From assembly GCA_051362555.1 (NCBI GenBank), contig CM120641.1:1116001-1180000 (forward strand): a stretch of DNA of 64,000 nucleotides, read 5' to 3'. The notes under the pieces are model-generated. The model did no database searches. It worked only from the letters and a program-made list of their open reading frames with translations, and was not told where the DNA came from. The DNA is from Lingula anatina. Its lineage: Eukaryota; Animalia; Brachiopoda. Of this stretch, positions 52,522-64,000 are shown in pieces (the stretch's first letter is position 1; each line of letters begins with the position of its first letter). Made by a program: the position numbers and the translations under genes.

Positions 52522-53743
52522 ACGGATAGAAGTAGTATATATCTTAGGCGATATTGAGGGTAGACCGGACCCTATTTTTTCCAGAACTAGGATGGTGGAT
52601 TGAACCTGATTTTTACCGAAAAAGGATGAAAAAGTAGAAACACAATCCCTCATAGTTAAGGGAAAGGCATCCGCCTCTTGAAGCACGATACAACGAGCCG
52701 CTTGTAATAATTCTGATAGAATATGAAAACATGAATATGAAAATATGTTACATTGTGACACGAATTTAAAGAAAGCTCATCGTTGTAGTCCTCAGTGACA
52801 ATATTTTAATTTGCAGCATATCCAGGAATATTCTGTGAAAGAGACTCGCAGTAAAAAGACGTGAGAAGTCCCACTGACAGTGATAGTGCACATCATTCTC
52901 TTCGCCTTCCTATACAGATTTCCTGTCAGATTCAAAATGAAGCGCATGTATATTTTCGCATTCTGCCCATTAAAAGCAGGCAGCCCCCCTCCCCCCCCCC
53001 CTCCCGCCCATTACTAAAGCGATGAATATTCTTTATGGTCTATTCAAGCGCGCGAAATGTCATGCTCCTCTCGTAGATCAAAGTCGCCATATATAAAATG
53101 CTCTCATTGTGCTACATAACGGTGCCATAAGACGTATTAATGTGAATGTGCACCAGATCTGGGTCTATTACATGTTATTTTACGACGAGAAGACCATAGA
53201 TTAAACATTACTGAGATGAAATTTCTTGATAAAAGTATGCAAGACATGTACATACTCGTGCCCTTCCTATTACCCCCTACCATGCAACTGCTGGGGAATC
53301 TCCATGTATTATCTGGGAAGGTGTGCACTGCACCTATTTATGACGCCTTTAAGTGTTATTTTACGACACCAAACTCAGAGTTTTGACGCACGTTTTACTG
53401 CTACGACCCTCAAGATAATAGGTAAGATCCATCAATAAACAGGGATGTCATACTATGGATTGGATGGACGTGGAAGATACACGAGAGAACTACCCTTAGT
53501 GCTTCCACGCACAGGGTAGAGGAAGAAATTGACATGTAACAAGAATAGGCCTACCTTTCTACTATGACATACCTGCACATATATGTACCAGCCCTATAAA
53601 ACCAAATTCTGATTAATTATATTCGAATCACATTTAAAACTTAATTGTGCGGATTAATGACGTGTTTTCATTTATTTAATCATTTATTTATTCTATTTTT
53701 TTTTTTCATTTTTCGTCTAATATTAATCATTTTAAGAGAGCAA

Positions 53744-53780
<37 letters not shown>

Positions 53781-54451
53781 GCTGATATTAATCATATAAA
53801 TCAAAATTGTAATAGAACATATTTTAATCAATATGTCTCGATGACGTCATATACATAAAAGGTTCATGGAATGTTACGCTATATTGACGCGCGGATTCAG
53901 CCATATTTATCACAGTATCATATATATAAGACATGTTACACCACATTTCAGTTTATCACAGTTAAAAATCGCCAGTTGCTGCCACACAGACATTACTGAA
54001 TTCAACGCCAAATACACATATAAAAGTTCTGCCGAGACATCGGCTGTAGTTATAAAACTAGACCTAACTGCACGCATTTCTCAACACACACCTCATTCCG
54101 GTGCATAGTCAAATTGCGATAGGTGAGACCTGATTGTGCTTTATTCGTAACGTCGTCGATTTGTTCGTCGTCTCTAACACATTTGCATACAACCATCCCT
54201 TTGGTTAGCTAATGGCACTTCAAGATAATGTGGTGTCTCTTTTACAACACTGAAGTTTTTCTACTCAGCATTCCTTCTCCACAATTTGTTGATGACAAAG
54301 GACAGTTTCCGCTTGGGGCGCATCTCCTACTGTAAATGCATGGCGTAAATTGTTTGAACGAATTATGCCCTTGAGTTGGTTTCTTTGCAGCTTGGTTGCA
54401 ACCATTCACTGCATAAGACCGTGTTTTTCACAAGTAGACCATTGGATATCA

Positions 54452-55303
54452 CTAATTTCCCAGTTCACCGTCACTGTCTGCCCTCTCCGCGACGAGAACA
54501 GCCGTGTCACAGAGGCTCTCTGCCAGAGCGGCCCTCCGCAGTTCCTCCTCTCGCTCTCGCTGTTTATCCTCGAATTCTTTACTGCCAAACATTAGTTCTC
54601 TGAAAGAAAAACATGAGAGGGGCTTTAGATTAATCTTGATTTATCATTTGTACAAGAGGATTCAGAATGTTGGGGTGTGACTTTTCTTAGGCACGTGCAT
54701 CATGAAGAGCAGATGAAATGCAGTAGAGAGTAACGTAGGCCTATTGGATAGTGATAAACAGGAATGTTTGCATACAATCATAGCTTAGTGATATAATATG
54801 TTTTAGTCTGCGTCCCATAATTATTTTGCTTGACCGAAGAGAAAAGTTTCATGCCAAAATGGTAACTTTTACGATAGAAAATGCTGTGCAAGAGACCTCC
54901 GCGTACTCATTAACAATTATTTTAAAAAAATGAAACATGCATTAACCCCATAAGGTCTGAAATATTTTTAAAAATATTTCAGACATTATGGGGTTAATGC
55001 ATGTTTCATTTTTATCTATTAACATTTCTGGCACGTTTTCTACAAATAAGAATTAAGATCTCACCCAAAATCAACTTCCCCGTCGCCATCTTTGTCGAGA
55101 GAATCCAGCAGTTCTTCCATTTGGGCGTTTGTAAGCGGAATCTTGGCGTTCTGGAATCGCAACAAATTCTCCGTATTAATGACATATGTAATATTGGGTA
55201 AAGATAATGTGCAGCTTTCCATCCAGCATATATATATGTATTTCTACACCTTACAATATAATATTATATAAAGCTATTAAACACTGTGTAATTGCCTTTT
55301 CTG

Positions 55304-55343
<40 letters not shown>

Positions 55344-58300
55344 TAGAGATTTTAATCTATGGAATAATATTTTAATACATTAATCTATTTATTAATCTAT
55401 ACCTTATTTTAATCTATTATTATCATTATTTATTTAGTTATTCATTTATTGCTGTTATTTACCTTCATTCCTTGTTTAAACTCATCCCTACTGACACTCC
55501 AGCTATTATCCTCGTCAAACTGGGAGAACAGCTCCATCAGATTAATACCCTTCTCTTGTACAAAATCCAGCAATATCTGCAGGGGCTCTTTAGGGCGTTC
55601 CACCTCTTTCTCCTTCACCGTCCTCCTCTTAAAGCCTCCGTACATGTTGGGTTTACTCCCCAGCGAGACGCCGTAGACCAGGTCAAACTCTGGTCTTAGT
55701 TCACAGACCTCGTGACCTAATTCTATGGCATCTTTCTCAAGATGAATGTCCTAAAATTTAGTGAAATGTCAAAATAGTTATTATTCCTAATGATTATCCC
55801 GCAGAATTTTCACAGCGATAAAGTGCCAAATAGCGTCTTAAATAATTTTCAAAATCATATCTTTTTTCAAAGGTGTTATTTTGCCAACATATTTTTCAAA
55901 CCGGTACATTTGTCGGTGAATTAACCTTGACATTCTGCTAAAAAAGGCGTGGACCAAATGACCCTTTTTCTATAACTCGGTTTTAAGGACACACATTTTG
56001 TGTTACCCTGGTTCTTCCTATAATACATTTCCATTTTACTTCATTTTGTTTCATTTCTATTCATTCCATTGTTCTTCATTTATATCGCTTCCCTTCGCTT
56101 GGAGAAAACACTGCCTTGTATGATGAAAAGGAATTAACAAAAAACGCAGGATATCTTTCCTGACAGTGGCAGGTAGCCTGTTTATAATTGTAACGTGTCT
56201 GCATTTCACAGCATTTCTATTAATCATGAAAGGCTATATTGAGGAAATCTGGATATGCTCATTTTCCTGAAACTGTACGGATAATTTCTCGATTTTTCAT
56301 GTGAGAGGATATTAACGACGCAAATGACAAATTCTGGGATTATTCCGGAAACACCTGGAACGCTGGCGTCAGGGAGAATACAGGATGAAATCGCGCCACA
56401 ATAGCGCGGTGATGTATGTCGTTTAAAGACGGTAGAACAGATCTGAACAGAAAACGTCATGCAGAATCTAATGGCTCTTTCCCAGTGAACATAATCAAGG
56501 CAGATTTAACAACATTGCAGAGGACTTAATGTATAATTTATCGGGATGTAAGAATACTTGAAGTTTATGTCCGATGGCAACTGAATACTTTTTCATCATT
56601 ACACAATTTCTCCTTCGCGTAAATATCGTCAAGCCTACTTTGCTGCGATTAAATACCCAGTTTTTGAACAGATGATATACAAAGGATTTCGCGTAAATGG
56701 AAGGATTTCTTGGAAATATCCCCAGCTTAAATGACATTTCAAGGAAAAAGAATCAGAGCATAAAACACAATATACTATTACTGCTTTAGCAGAACAAACG
56801 TGAAAGAAACCTAAAAAACTCCACTCGCGCCAGGCAGCCACGCACCTGCGATATAAACAGATACCTTTTAAGTGGATTTGACAGATCGGATTAAAACAGA
56901 ATGGAAATCTTATTTCTTAATTTTCAAACGATTTATCCCATTATTTTATTAGTAATTCCCTTAAGCATATTATTTTTAGATTTAAAATGGCCTGTATGGC
57001 CAGGGACATATCACACTTACAAACAATTCCAGTGTCTTCAACTGGCATGTTTCTGACTTCTTCAGAGTCTGCAGAATGAGTTGTGCACCAAATGATGTGA
57101 GAGGGTTCTTACTCAGCTAAAGGAAAAAAGATATTTTTAAACAAAAGTAGTACGACATGAAATTTTTATGTGCAAACAATAAACCAACATATATTCTTAA
57201 AAGGTAGTTTAAGGTAATATAATTCATCATTCGGTCGTCGCTGAGAATCCTTTCAGTATTTATTTCTGTACGGCTATAAACATGGCACATTATTTTAAAA
57301 TAACCCGGTCAGACTGAACTGTAAAACATAAAGCCCTGAAAATAACACAACTTAATGAAAATTTAACGAAAAATATACTACTAGTAAACGTAAATGACAT
57401 TCATAGTTTAAAATTCAGGACCCATATATTCAACATTGGTGACGTACACTGTACAAGTATGTTCAACATTCTTTGCTCACCTTAAGTATATCTAAGGTAT
57501 AGTTGGCCTGTAACCCCTTTGCCAAGTATGCAGCCCCTTCCGCGTCTATTCTGTTACTCGACAGGTCCAGATCGACTAATGTGGAATTTTTCTGGAGCGC
57601 CTCCGCTATTTCTTTAGCACCTTCGGTGGCAAAGCCATTCCAAGAGAGATCGAGTTGTTTAACACCTAAATTGGACTGCAAAGAAAACGAGACGATGTGT
57701 GGGAATTTTTGGAAAATATAGCCATTCAAATATTCGGTTAATGTATTCTAAGACCAAACGTAAGAAAAAATTCTAAGTTGCATCGTGTTTTTCTTCATAA
57801 AGTACAATGTACATACACAGAGTATTACATTCATTTCATTGCATTGTTGATAAAGCCTTTATATTTTTGATAAATATTTTAATCTCAATACTTTGAAAGC
57901 TTGTCCAGTTAGGTTAAATGGATGCTAGCTTGGTCAGGAATGCAACAATTAAATTCATGAAGCGAGTGTTGTGTGCTACATGTATTAAAAAAAACACATT
58001 CGCTCCCTGCGTGACATAATCGAACCATGACCAGGGGAAACTATGAAAAGGGGTGTCCACATGTGCTTGCAAAATCATGTCCTGTAAATCTACCTCTATA
58101 GTCACTTGTAGACCAGAAATCATGAAATATGTGCTATATTAACACATGACATGATATCTAAAGCCGTCTGTCCAAACCAAGCTGTTACTTACACGCAGTC
58201 CTTTGCCTATTGCGATCGCACCTTTCCTTCGAAGACTGTTCCAACTGAGGTTGAGCTTTTCTATCGTATCATTGGTTTCTGTGGGAGAAGAAGCAGAAAA

Positions 58301-61300
58301 CAATACTGTCAGAAGTTGTGATCGTGTATTCTTACTTGAACGAGGGATTCTTTTTATAGGATGGGGGGTAAATAAAGGATACAAGGCAATGTGTCTGGAA
58401 GCAGAAGCCCCAAATATCCACGTATTCACATAACACCAGTACTTCGATTTCAACACAAGGCACGATATCAGATTTAGATACAGAAGTGAGATAGATGTAC
58501 ATGTTAATCTGTGATCATATTGCAGAAATATTAGAGCATTTTTTAATTAACTGGCCTGTCCCAACTCGTGTGCGTGTCGATGATGCCAATGCATGATAAA
58601 CTGAATATTGTGTATCGAAGCTGAGACAGATATGCTGATAGTGGTGCCCACACTCACCTAGAGCAGCTCCCAACAAGACCCCACCTTCTTCTGAGAAATT
58701 GTTGTGACTTAGATCCAGTTCCTTCAGTCGAAATGTCACCTGTTGCAATAACAAAACTTAAAATGCTTAAAAACAATTATACATGTATCTAACAGCGTAT
58801 ACCCCCATCGTTAATTATTAAACGTCGTTAAGTATTAAATGATAAGCTTCACAAACTAAAAAAACCCAAGATCACAAAATTAGTGCCTGAATTTAAGAAA
58901 TGTAAAAAATGGAGAACGTAGTTATTGGTATTTGAATGAGATATAGCAATACAATTTGACCATATGATTTACGATAACTACTGTAGAATCTGTATGAAAG
59001 AAAAAGACTATCCCAGGCAATAGTCAATGCAGGTTTTTAAAAAAACAATTAAATGTTTGTTTTTTTTTTGTTTTGTTTTGAAACTTAAAAGGAAGGAATA
59101 TCCTATATTAAAAAAGTAATTGATTAAAAATCGCTAATGAATAATATGATTCATTAGAAAGCTACTACTTGCAAAATATGTTCTTTTTTATTTGCTCTAA
59201 GTAAAATGTAGTGAAGGAAGCTATGTTTGTGTGTGAGCTGAAGTCAAAATGATTCGTCTAAAATAGTTATAATTTATTATAAACTTAAATGATTATGAAA
59301 CCATAAAATATTTGTAACATAATATATAATGCAAACCTAAAAACTATACCACTCTTTTGAATTTTAATACTTACGTCCTGTTGAAGCAAAAAGAAAACAA
59401 TGTATTAATGTCATTATTCAAACGATGATATAGTTCTTTTCTGTAAATAACATATTCCTTTATCTAACTGATGTGGTTTATAATGAGCTTACCTGCATTA
59501 TCCTAATACGAACAAATCAGATAATTTTTTCATTGGATTTCACTCTGACATTCACACATTTTCTCCCGATTATTTGCCTTTAATCTGTACCCACTTCTGA
59601 ACCAATGTTTAACCACCGTGACAAAGGTACGTCTGATACCTATCACATACACACGGTGCTAATCCAACTACTCAAAAACCGATGTCTGTAATGTCAGCAT
59701 ACTCATGTACATAAACCCTTTCTTCCCATATGCGCCCAATGCAATAAAGCAACTACATGTGCACTTGCTACGTGTACGTATATACATTGAATAAACGAAT
59801 GCACAGCCATAGCCGTACACTAGAAATGCGTAAAAGCACATTAGTCCGTTCACTTTGGTAACGAGAATGATGACAAGACGATAAGCATGGGTACACTGTA
59901 AAGATGGCTAACTATAAAGGTACATAGTAGGCGAAAGACTAATTATCTTACCTGCAGAGCACTTGCGAAGTATTTGGCATCGTGTTCAATGAAGCCATTG
60001 CCTGTTAAGAGACAAAAAAGTTACTTTATTTGCCTAATTCTTGCTTTATGTGAGCACGCAACTTTGCAGGAAGCAAAGCAGTTGCTGTATTGACATTTAT
60101 ACCCTAGACTTCACAAAAAATTGCACAAAATGATTTTTTTACTTTGTACCAGTTTCTACCAAGAAGAAACATCTTCTCAAGAAGTTATAAAGTTATAACT
60201 TCTTGATCTTATTAATCATCTTCGTGTATATCTTTAGCGCCTTTCTTCCCTTACGTTACCCGCTATACGCGACGCCTTTAGAAAAATAACACCATACAAC
60301 CACTTAAAGTTTAGATAATCAACCATTTCAAACATTTCGTGTAACATTGAGGCTCTCTTTCATCTAGGATAGAAGATTTGGGTCCTTAAATGTAAGCTTG
60401 GACAAAAATGGAAGTGAGACCAAACTATCGAACATTGTCTCCCGATGTGCGAATCCACCACTTAGTCTATTTTTTGTACAAAATGGCGTACGAACCTTTG
60501 CCGTAGAGTTACAGTATCAACACGGAAGGGCGAGAAGCAATAGTCTGAGACCAACAACGCCGTTTTCTTACTTAACCTAAATTGTCTCGTTCCTCACATT
60601 GCATCATTCATAAAAAAAAGATTAGACGAATTTGTTTTTTGACTTTTAAAAGATGCTAATTAGTTTTTTCTTCATCGTTTTTGAGGCTCTAGGGGTATCT
60701 ACGCACAGTGTTACTTCTATATCCTATATCATCAGGCCTAAATTTAACTAGTTTACATCAGCTAGAAGATTTGTGATAAATTCTAAAAGTAAAGCAATTT
60801 AAAAAAAAAATAAAAGAAAAAAAAAGCGGGCGAATATTTCATTGAATTAATAGGAGATTTTCAAATTATTTTCCAAAAGAACGAACTGTAAGATCCAAAC
60901 TCAATTGATCACATTTTGTAAACCGACTCTGGTTAATTTGGTTTAAAACATTTCTCCTTCATAAGTGATTTTTGTTGACAGATAACGTGTACCATTGACT
61001 GCCGAGTAAACACTCGCCGTGTGGGTAAATATAGCGTCGATTTACCGATACTTTGAGTATATATACGTCCTCCCCCCGGGCAAACTCCTGACACCATATT
61101 TGATCGAATTTCCCATTAGTAAAATTCTTAGCGGACTTTTCTTCCCCTGTGTTGCGCCTTAAGGCGGTGAGTTCAGGGACACTATGGCCTGCTCAATAAC
61201 CAACGCGGCGTCCTGAGACAGTGTCCGGCTAGACCCCCAAAAATCGATCCCGGCCATATGCAAATATACAGCGGGCTAAGGACCGCTTAGAAAATGAATT

Positions 61301-63404
61301 TTGGCCCACTCTCACAAATAAGTAACATGGGAAAACGCTTCAATATTTAAAGTTCATTGACATTGATGTTTGAATTTGACTATCAAATATTGTCAAAGCC
61401 CGATTTTGAATAAGGTAGTTATGGGAAAAAATTTGTTCTCCCAGCTATGACAAGTCCGGTGTAACAGGGGCTTTAGATGCAAGAAATTGGTTTTTGGGTT
61501 AGATAATGCGAAAAAATATCAACCACCCCAGAGTGTCAACATTGGGCTACGTTTGAAGATCTTGAGAAGACGGAGCTGATGGCAGTCATAAAGCTACACT
61601 AACAGTGAAATTACAGGGTTACCACTTAATTTGGAATATTTTTTATCATTGTTATTTTTGAGGGCTGATTTAAAAAAAAATTGGCTTGATTCATCAAAAA
61701 AGTATGCCATTGAGTGGTAAAAATATCCAGTCTTCTATTGTTAGATATTTTGGTCAATAATATCAAATCTGACATAAGATGTCATTCAAAAGAAAAGAAC
61801 ACCCCCAGAAAACCATATCAACAGTTTGATGTCAGTATTAATTTTAAGCTAAGATATTAAAGAAAATGATAGCCTCCGGACAGTGATATGTTACACAGTC
61901 AAAGAACTCATTACAGTAAATCATGAAAAGTCATCAATAGCAGGTATGAGCTCCAGCAGCCGCTTGCAGCGCCCTCATCCTACATGGTATACCCTGTGAA
62001 AAGTTTTTTAGAGTTTGGATGAAGATATCATTCCACGCAGTGATATTTGCCTGTCGCAGTTCATCACTACTTACCGGCCGATAACCATAGCTATTAATTC
62101 TGTGAGTTACTTTCGCACACAGACTTTCAATTGGGTTCATATCTGAGGAGTTTGCAGGCCAGGGCAGTTGCTGAACCCATTGGTTTCGAAGAAAATCAGT
62201 GATTCTGCGAGCTCGATGTGGGGTTGCGCAGTCGTCTTGGTACACAAAGTTGTTCCTGAAGATGACTCTTACAAATCAAAGCATTGTTTGCTGTAGAATG
62301 TCTCTGTAGGAACCCTGGTTGAGGTTGCCTCCTAGAAAAACCAACTGGTTCTGGGCACCGGCATAAAATGCTCCCCAAACAGAGACGTTAACACCCCCTG
62401 CTTGCACCCTAGCCAGTAAAAAATCATCGTTTTATGCCTCTCGTACACGTTGGTGGAAACGGATTCGACCACCAACCCTAAAAACTCCATATCTGGCCTC
62501 ATCACTGAAAACGACGTGATTCCAGTGTTTTGGCTGCAAAGGCACGTGGTCTCCAGCCTATTGCAGACGTCGCTGTATATGACCTGCTGTTAACAGTGGT
62601 TTCCCTACTGGCCTTCGTGCAAAATAACCGGCTTGCAGTGATCTCTTGTTCACGAGGGATCTTGAAATGGGCGTTTGAATGACATTCTGCCACTCTTTTC
62701 TGAAGACACTGGTTGTCTTTGTACGACAAGCACGGAGCACTCTAAGGAGAAGGCGATCCTGTCTTCTTGTTGTGATACGCGGACACCCTGGTCAAGGTAT
62801 TGGAGTAGGTGCCCCTGTTTTAGCATTTCTTTGGAGGACTTTGCTAACGGTTCCTGATAAATGTTGCATTGCCTGGCAATGGCTGTCCGTTTCTGGACAT
62901 TTTCTCTGAGAGCAAGAATCCCATAGTAAGCTGCGTTGCTTAGCTGTCGAACCATATCTTCTTCAAGGTACCTGTCAAGTTTCAGAGCGATATCTTTGTT
63001 GCTTCTCCTAACACACTCCAAAGATTGGCCAAACCCATGCGTTTTTATACAAGGGCAGAAATTGCCGAAAAGACCACCCCTCACATTTCTGACCACAGAA
63101 CATGCAACTGCATGCATCAACTGTTTCGACAGTTGTATGGCAATTAGGTAACACACCTGGCTACACGTGGAGTGACACCTCAGTTTTGGATTTAAAGTAC
63201 TTAGAGAGAAAATAAATATTTTGTAGAAAATTTACTCGCCAAAAAATAATATTCCATATTTAGTAGTAACCCTGTAAATAAATGTCGTCATGGCCCTCAG
63301 CGACACTTACCGGAGGCGTCCAGAGCTTGCAATCCGGCGTTCATTTTTAACATATAAGACAGAAGTTTGGCACCCGCTGTTTTCAAGTTGTTATCCGCTA
63401 CATT
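54452..63404 (-). CDS. LRRC74: Gene 5: LRRC74-like protein paralog 2 (LRRs plus EF-hand pair), 5' part lies beyond the window
   Basis: Exons 63404-63311, 60001-59952, 58739-58658, 58278-58193 (LNLSWNSLRRKGA), 57675-57481 (LDLSWNGFATEGA), 57116-57021, 55750-55463 (EF DEDNSWSVSRDEF), 55150-55065 (EF DKDGDGEVDFGEL), 54599-54452 (TAG). Exon lengths and phases mirror gene 4. Confidence 0.87.
54926..55013. repeat. 88-bp spacerless palindrome (44-bp arms, one mismatch)
   Basis: AAAAATGAAACATGCATTAACCCCATAAGGTCTGAAATATTTTT|AAAAATATTTCAGACATTATGGGGTTAATGCATGTTTCATTTTT. Confidence 0.9.
61614..63274 (-). mobile_element. Full-length (about 1.66 kb) decayed Tc1/mariner transposon in an intron of gene 5
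   Basis: TA|CAGGGTTACCACTTAATTTGGAATATT ... AATATTCCATATTTAGTAGTAACCCTG|TA: about 27-bp TIRs with TA duplication, enclosing transposase remnants on the minus strand. Confidence 0.92.
61934..62935 (-). pseudogene. Tc1-family DDE transposase pseudogene (frameshifted)
   Basis: VVFSDEARY near 62515-62490, and VYQDDCATPHRA and WPANSSDMNPIESL in ORF 61934-62245. The fragments are not in one continuous ORF. Confidence 0.88.
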
Positions 63405-63646
63405 CTGTAAAAAGAAGAGAGTCCATAGAATCGGCAGTAATTTATACAGTTTTTGAACACGTGATGGAGCCCAGGAAATGATTCTCATTACTTTTATTGT
63501 TTTTAGTCAAAATTTGAAAAAAAAAAGAAGTTGTCTAAATGTGTGAATTTATTCAGCCACCAAAATGCATACAGGTATATATATTTTTGTGATAATTTTC
63601 ACAATAGCATTATCCTATTATTTGCATCAATAATTATGCAAATCAA

Positions 63647-63714
63647 ATACTACCACTGCCACTACTGCTACTACTACATGTGCTACTACTACTTCTACAT
63701 GTACTACTACTACT
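63647..63714. repeat. Imperfect (TAC)n microsatellite
   Basis: Directly visible. Confidence 0.85.
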
Positions 63715-64000
63715 AATATTTTACTGAGTAAAAAAAACTTACTAATCGGACTATGCTGACGTTATCCTGCAGCATTTCACATATATAGCGGCACCCGTCT
63801 TCCCCTATGTCGTTACCAGCCAAGGAGAGCGTCGTACACAGGGTATTCCGCTGATATAAAGCATTTTATAATTATATCAACAATATGTGCCTCATCATAC
63901 CTTTAGTTTATATGATACTCAAAATGGAAAAGAATTGTCAAGGCATATATTCGTGAGATGTGCTATGTCTTGTTACGGTGGAATAGATATTGAAAAATCA

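Noticed and set aside
55980-56875. Possible Kolobok-like element ending in GATACCTTTTAA
   Set aside because: No matching left TIR could be found.

Overview
AT-rich, intron-containing animal DNA, most consistent with a lophotrochozoan such as a mollusc (inferred from the gene families and repeat types, not proven). Splicing exons by hand (GT-AG, phase-checked) gives six gene models. (0) The probable 5' end of a secreted or membrane protein gene on the minus strand, running off the left edge. (1) A 14-exon type I membrane mosaic protein of about 868 aa: signal peptide, C-type lectin-like, CCP/Sushi, 2xTSP1, unnamed domain X, CCP, Ser/Thr stalk, 2xCCP, RKRR, TM. (2) An 11-exon type II membrane mosaic protein of about 601 aa: TM, Frizzled CRD, 3xTSP1, domain X, CCP. 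(3) A single-exon class A GPCR of the FMRFamide-receptor-like group. (4, 5) Two tandem LRRC74-like LRR plus EF-hand genes on the minus strand, the second incomplete. The remainder is transposon debris (a full-length decayed Tc1/mariner element; Kolobok-, piggyBac-, Harbinger- and MULE-like MITEs; an RTE fragment) and mini/microsatellites. The most striking observation is that adjacent genes 1 and 2 share a four-exon TSP1-domain X-CCP cassette with the same intron phases, yet sit in opposite membrane topologies with different sensor domains. Also notable are an intronic minisatellite carrying six perfect CRE palindromes, a 38-bp minisatellite that forms a splice acceptor, and RFX X-box motifs near genes 2 and 4. 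All gene models are hand predictions without transcript or database support.
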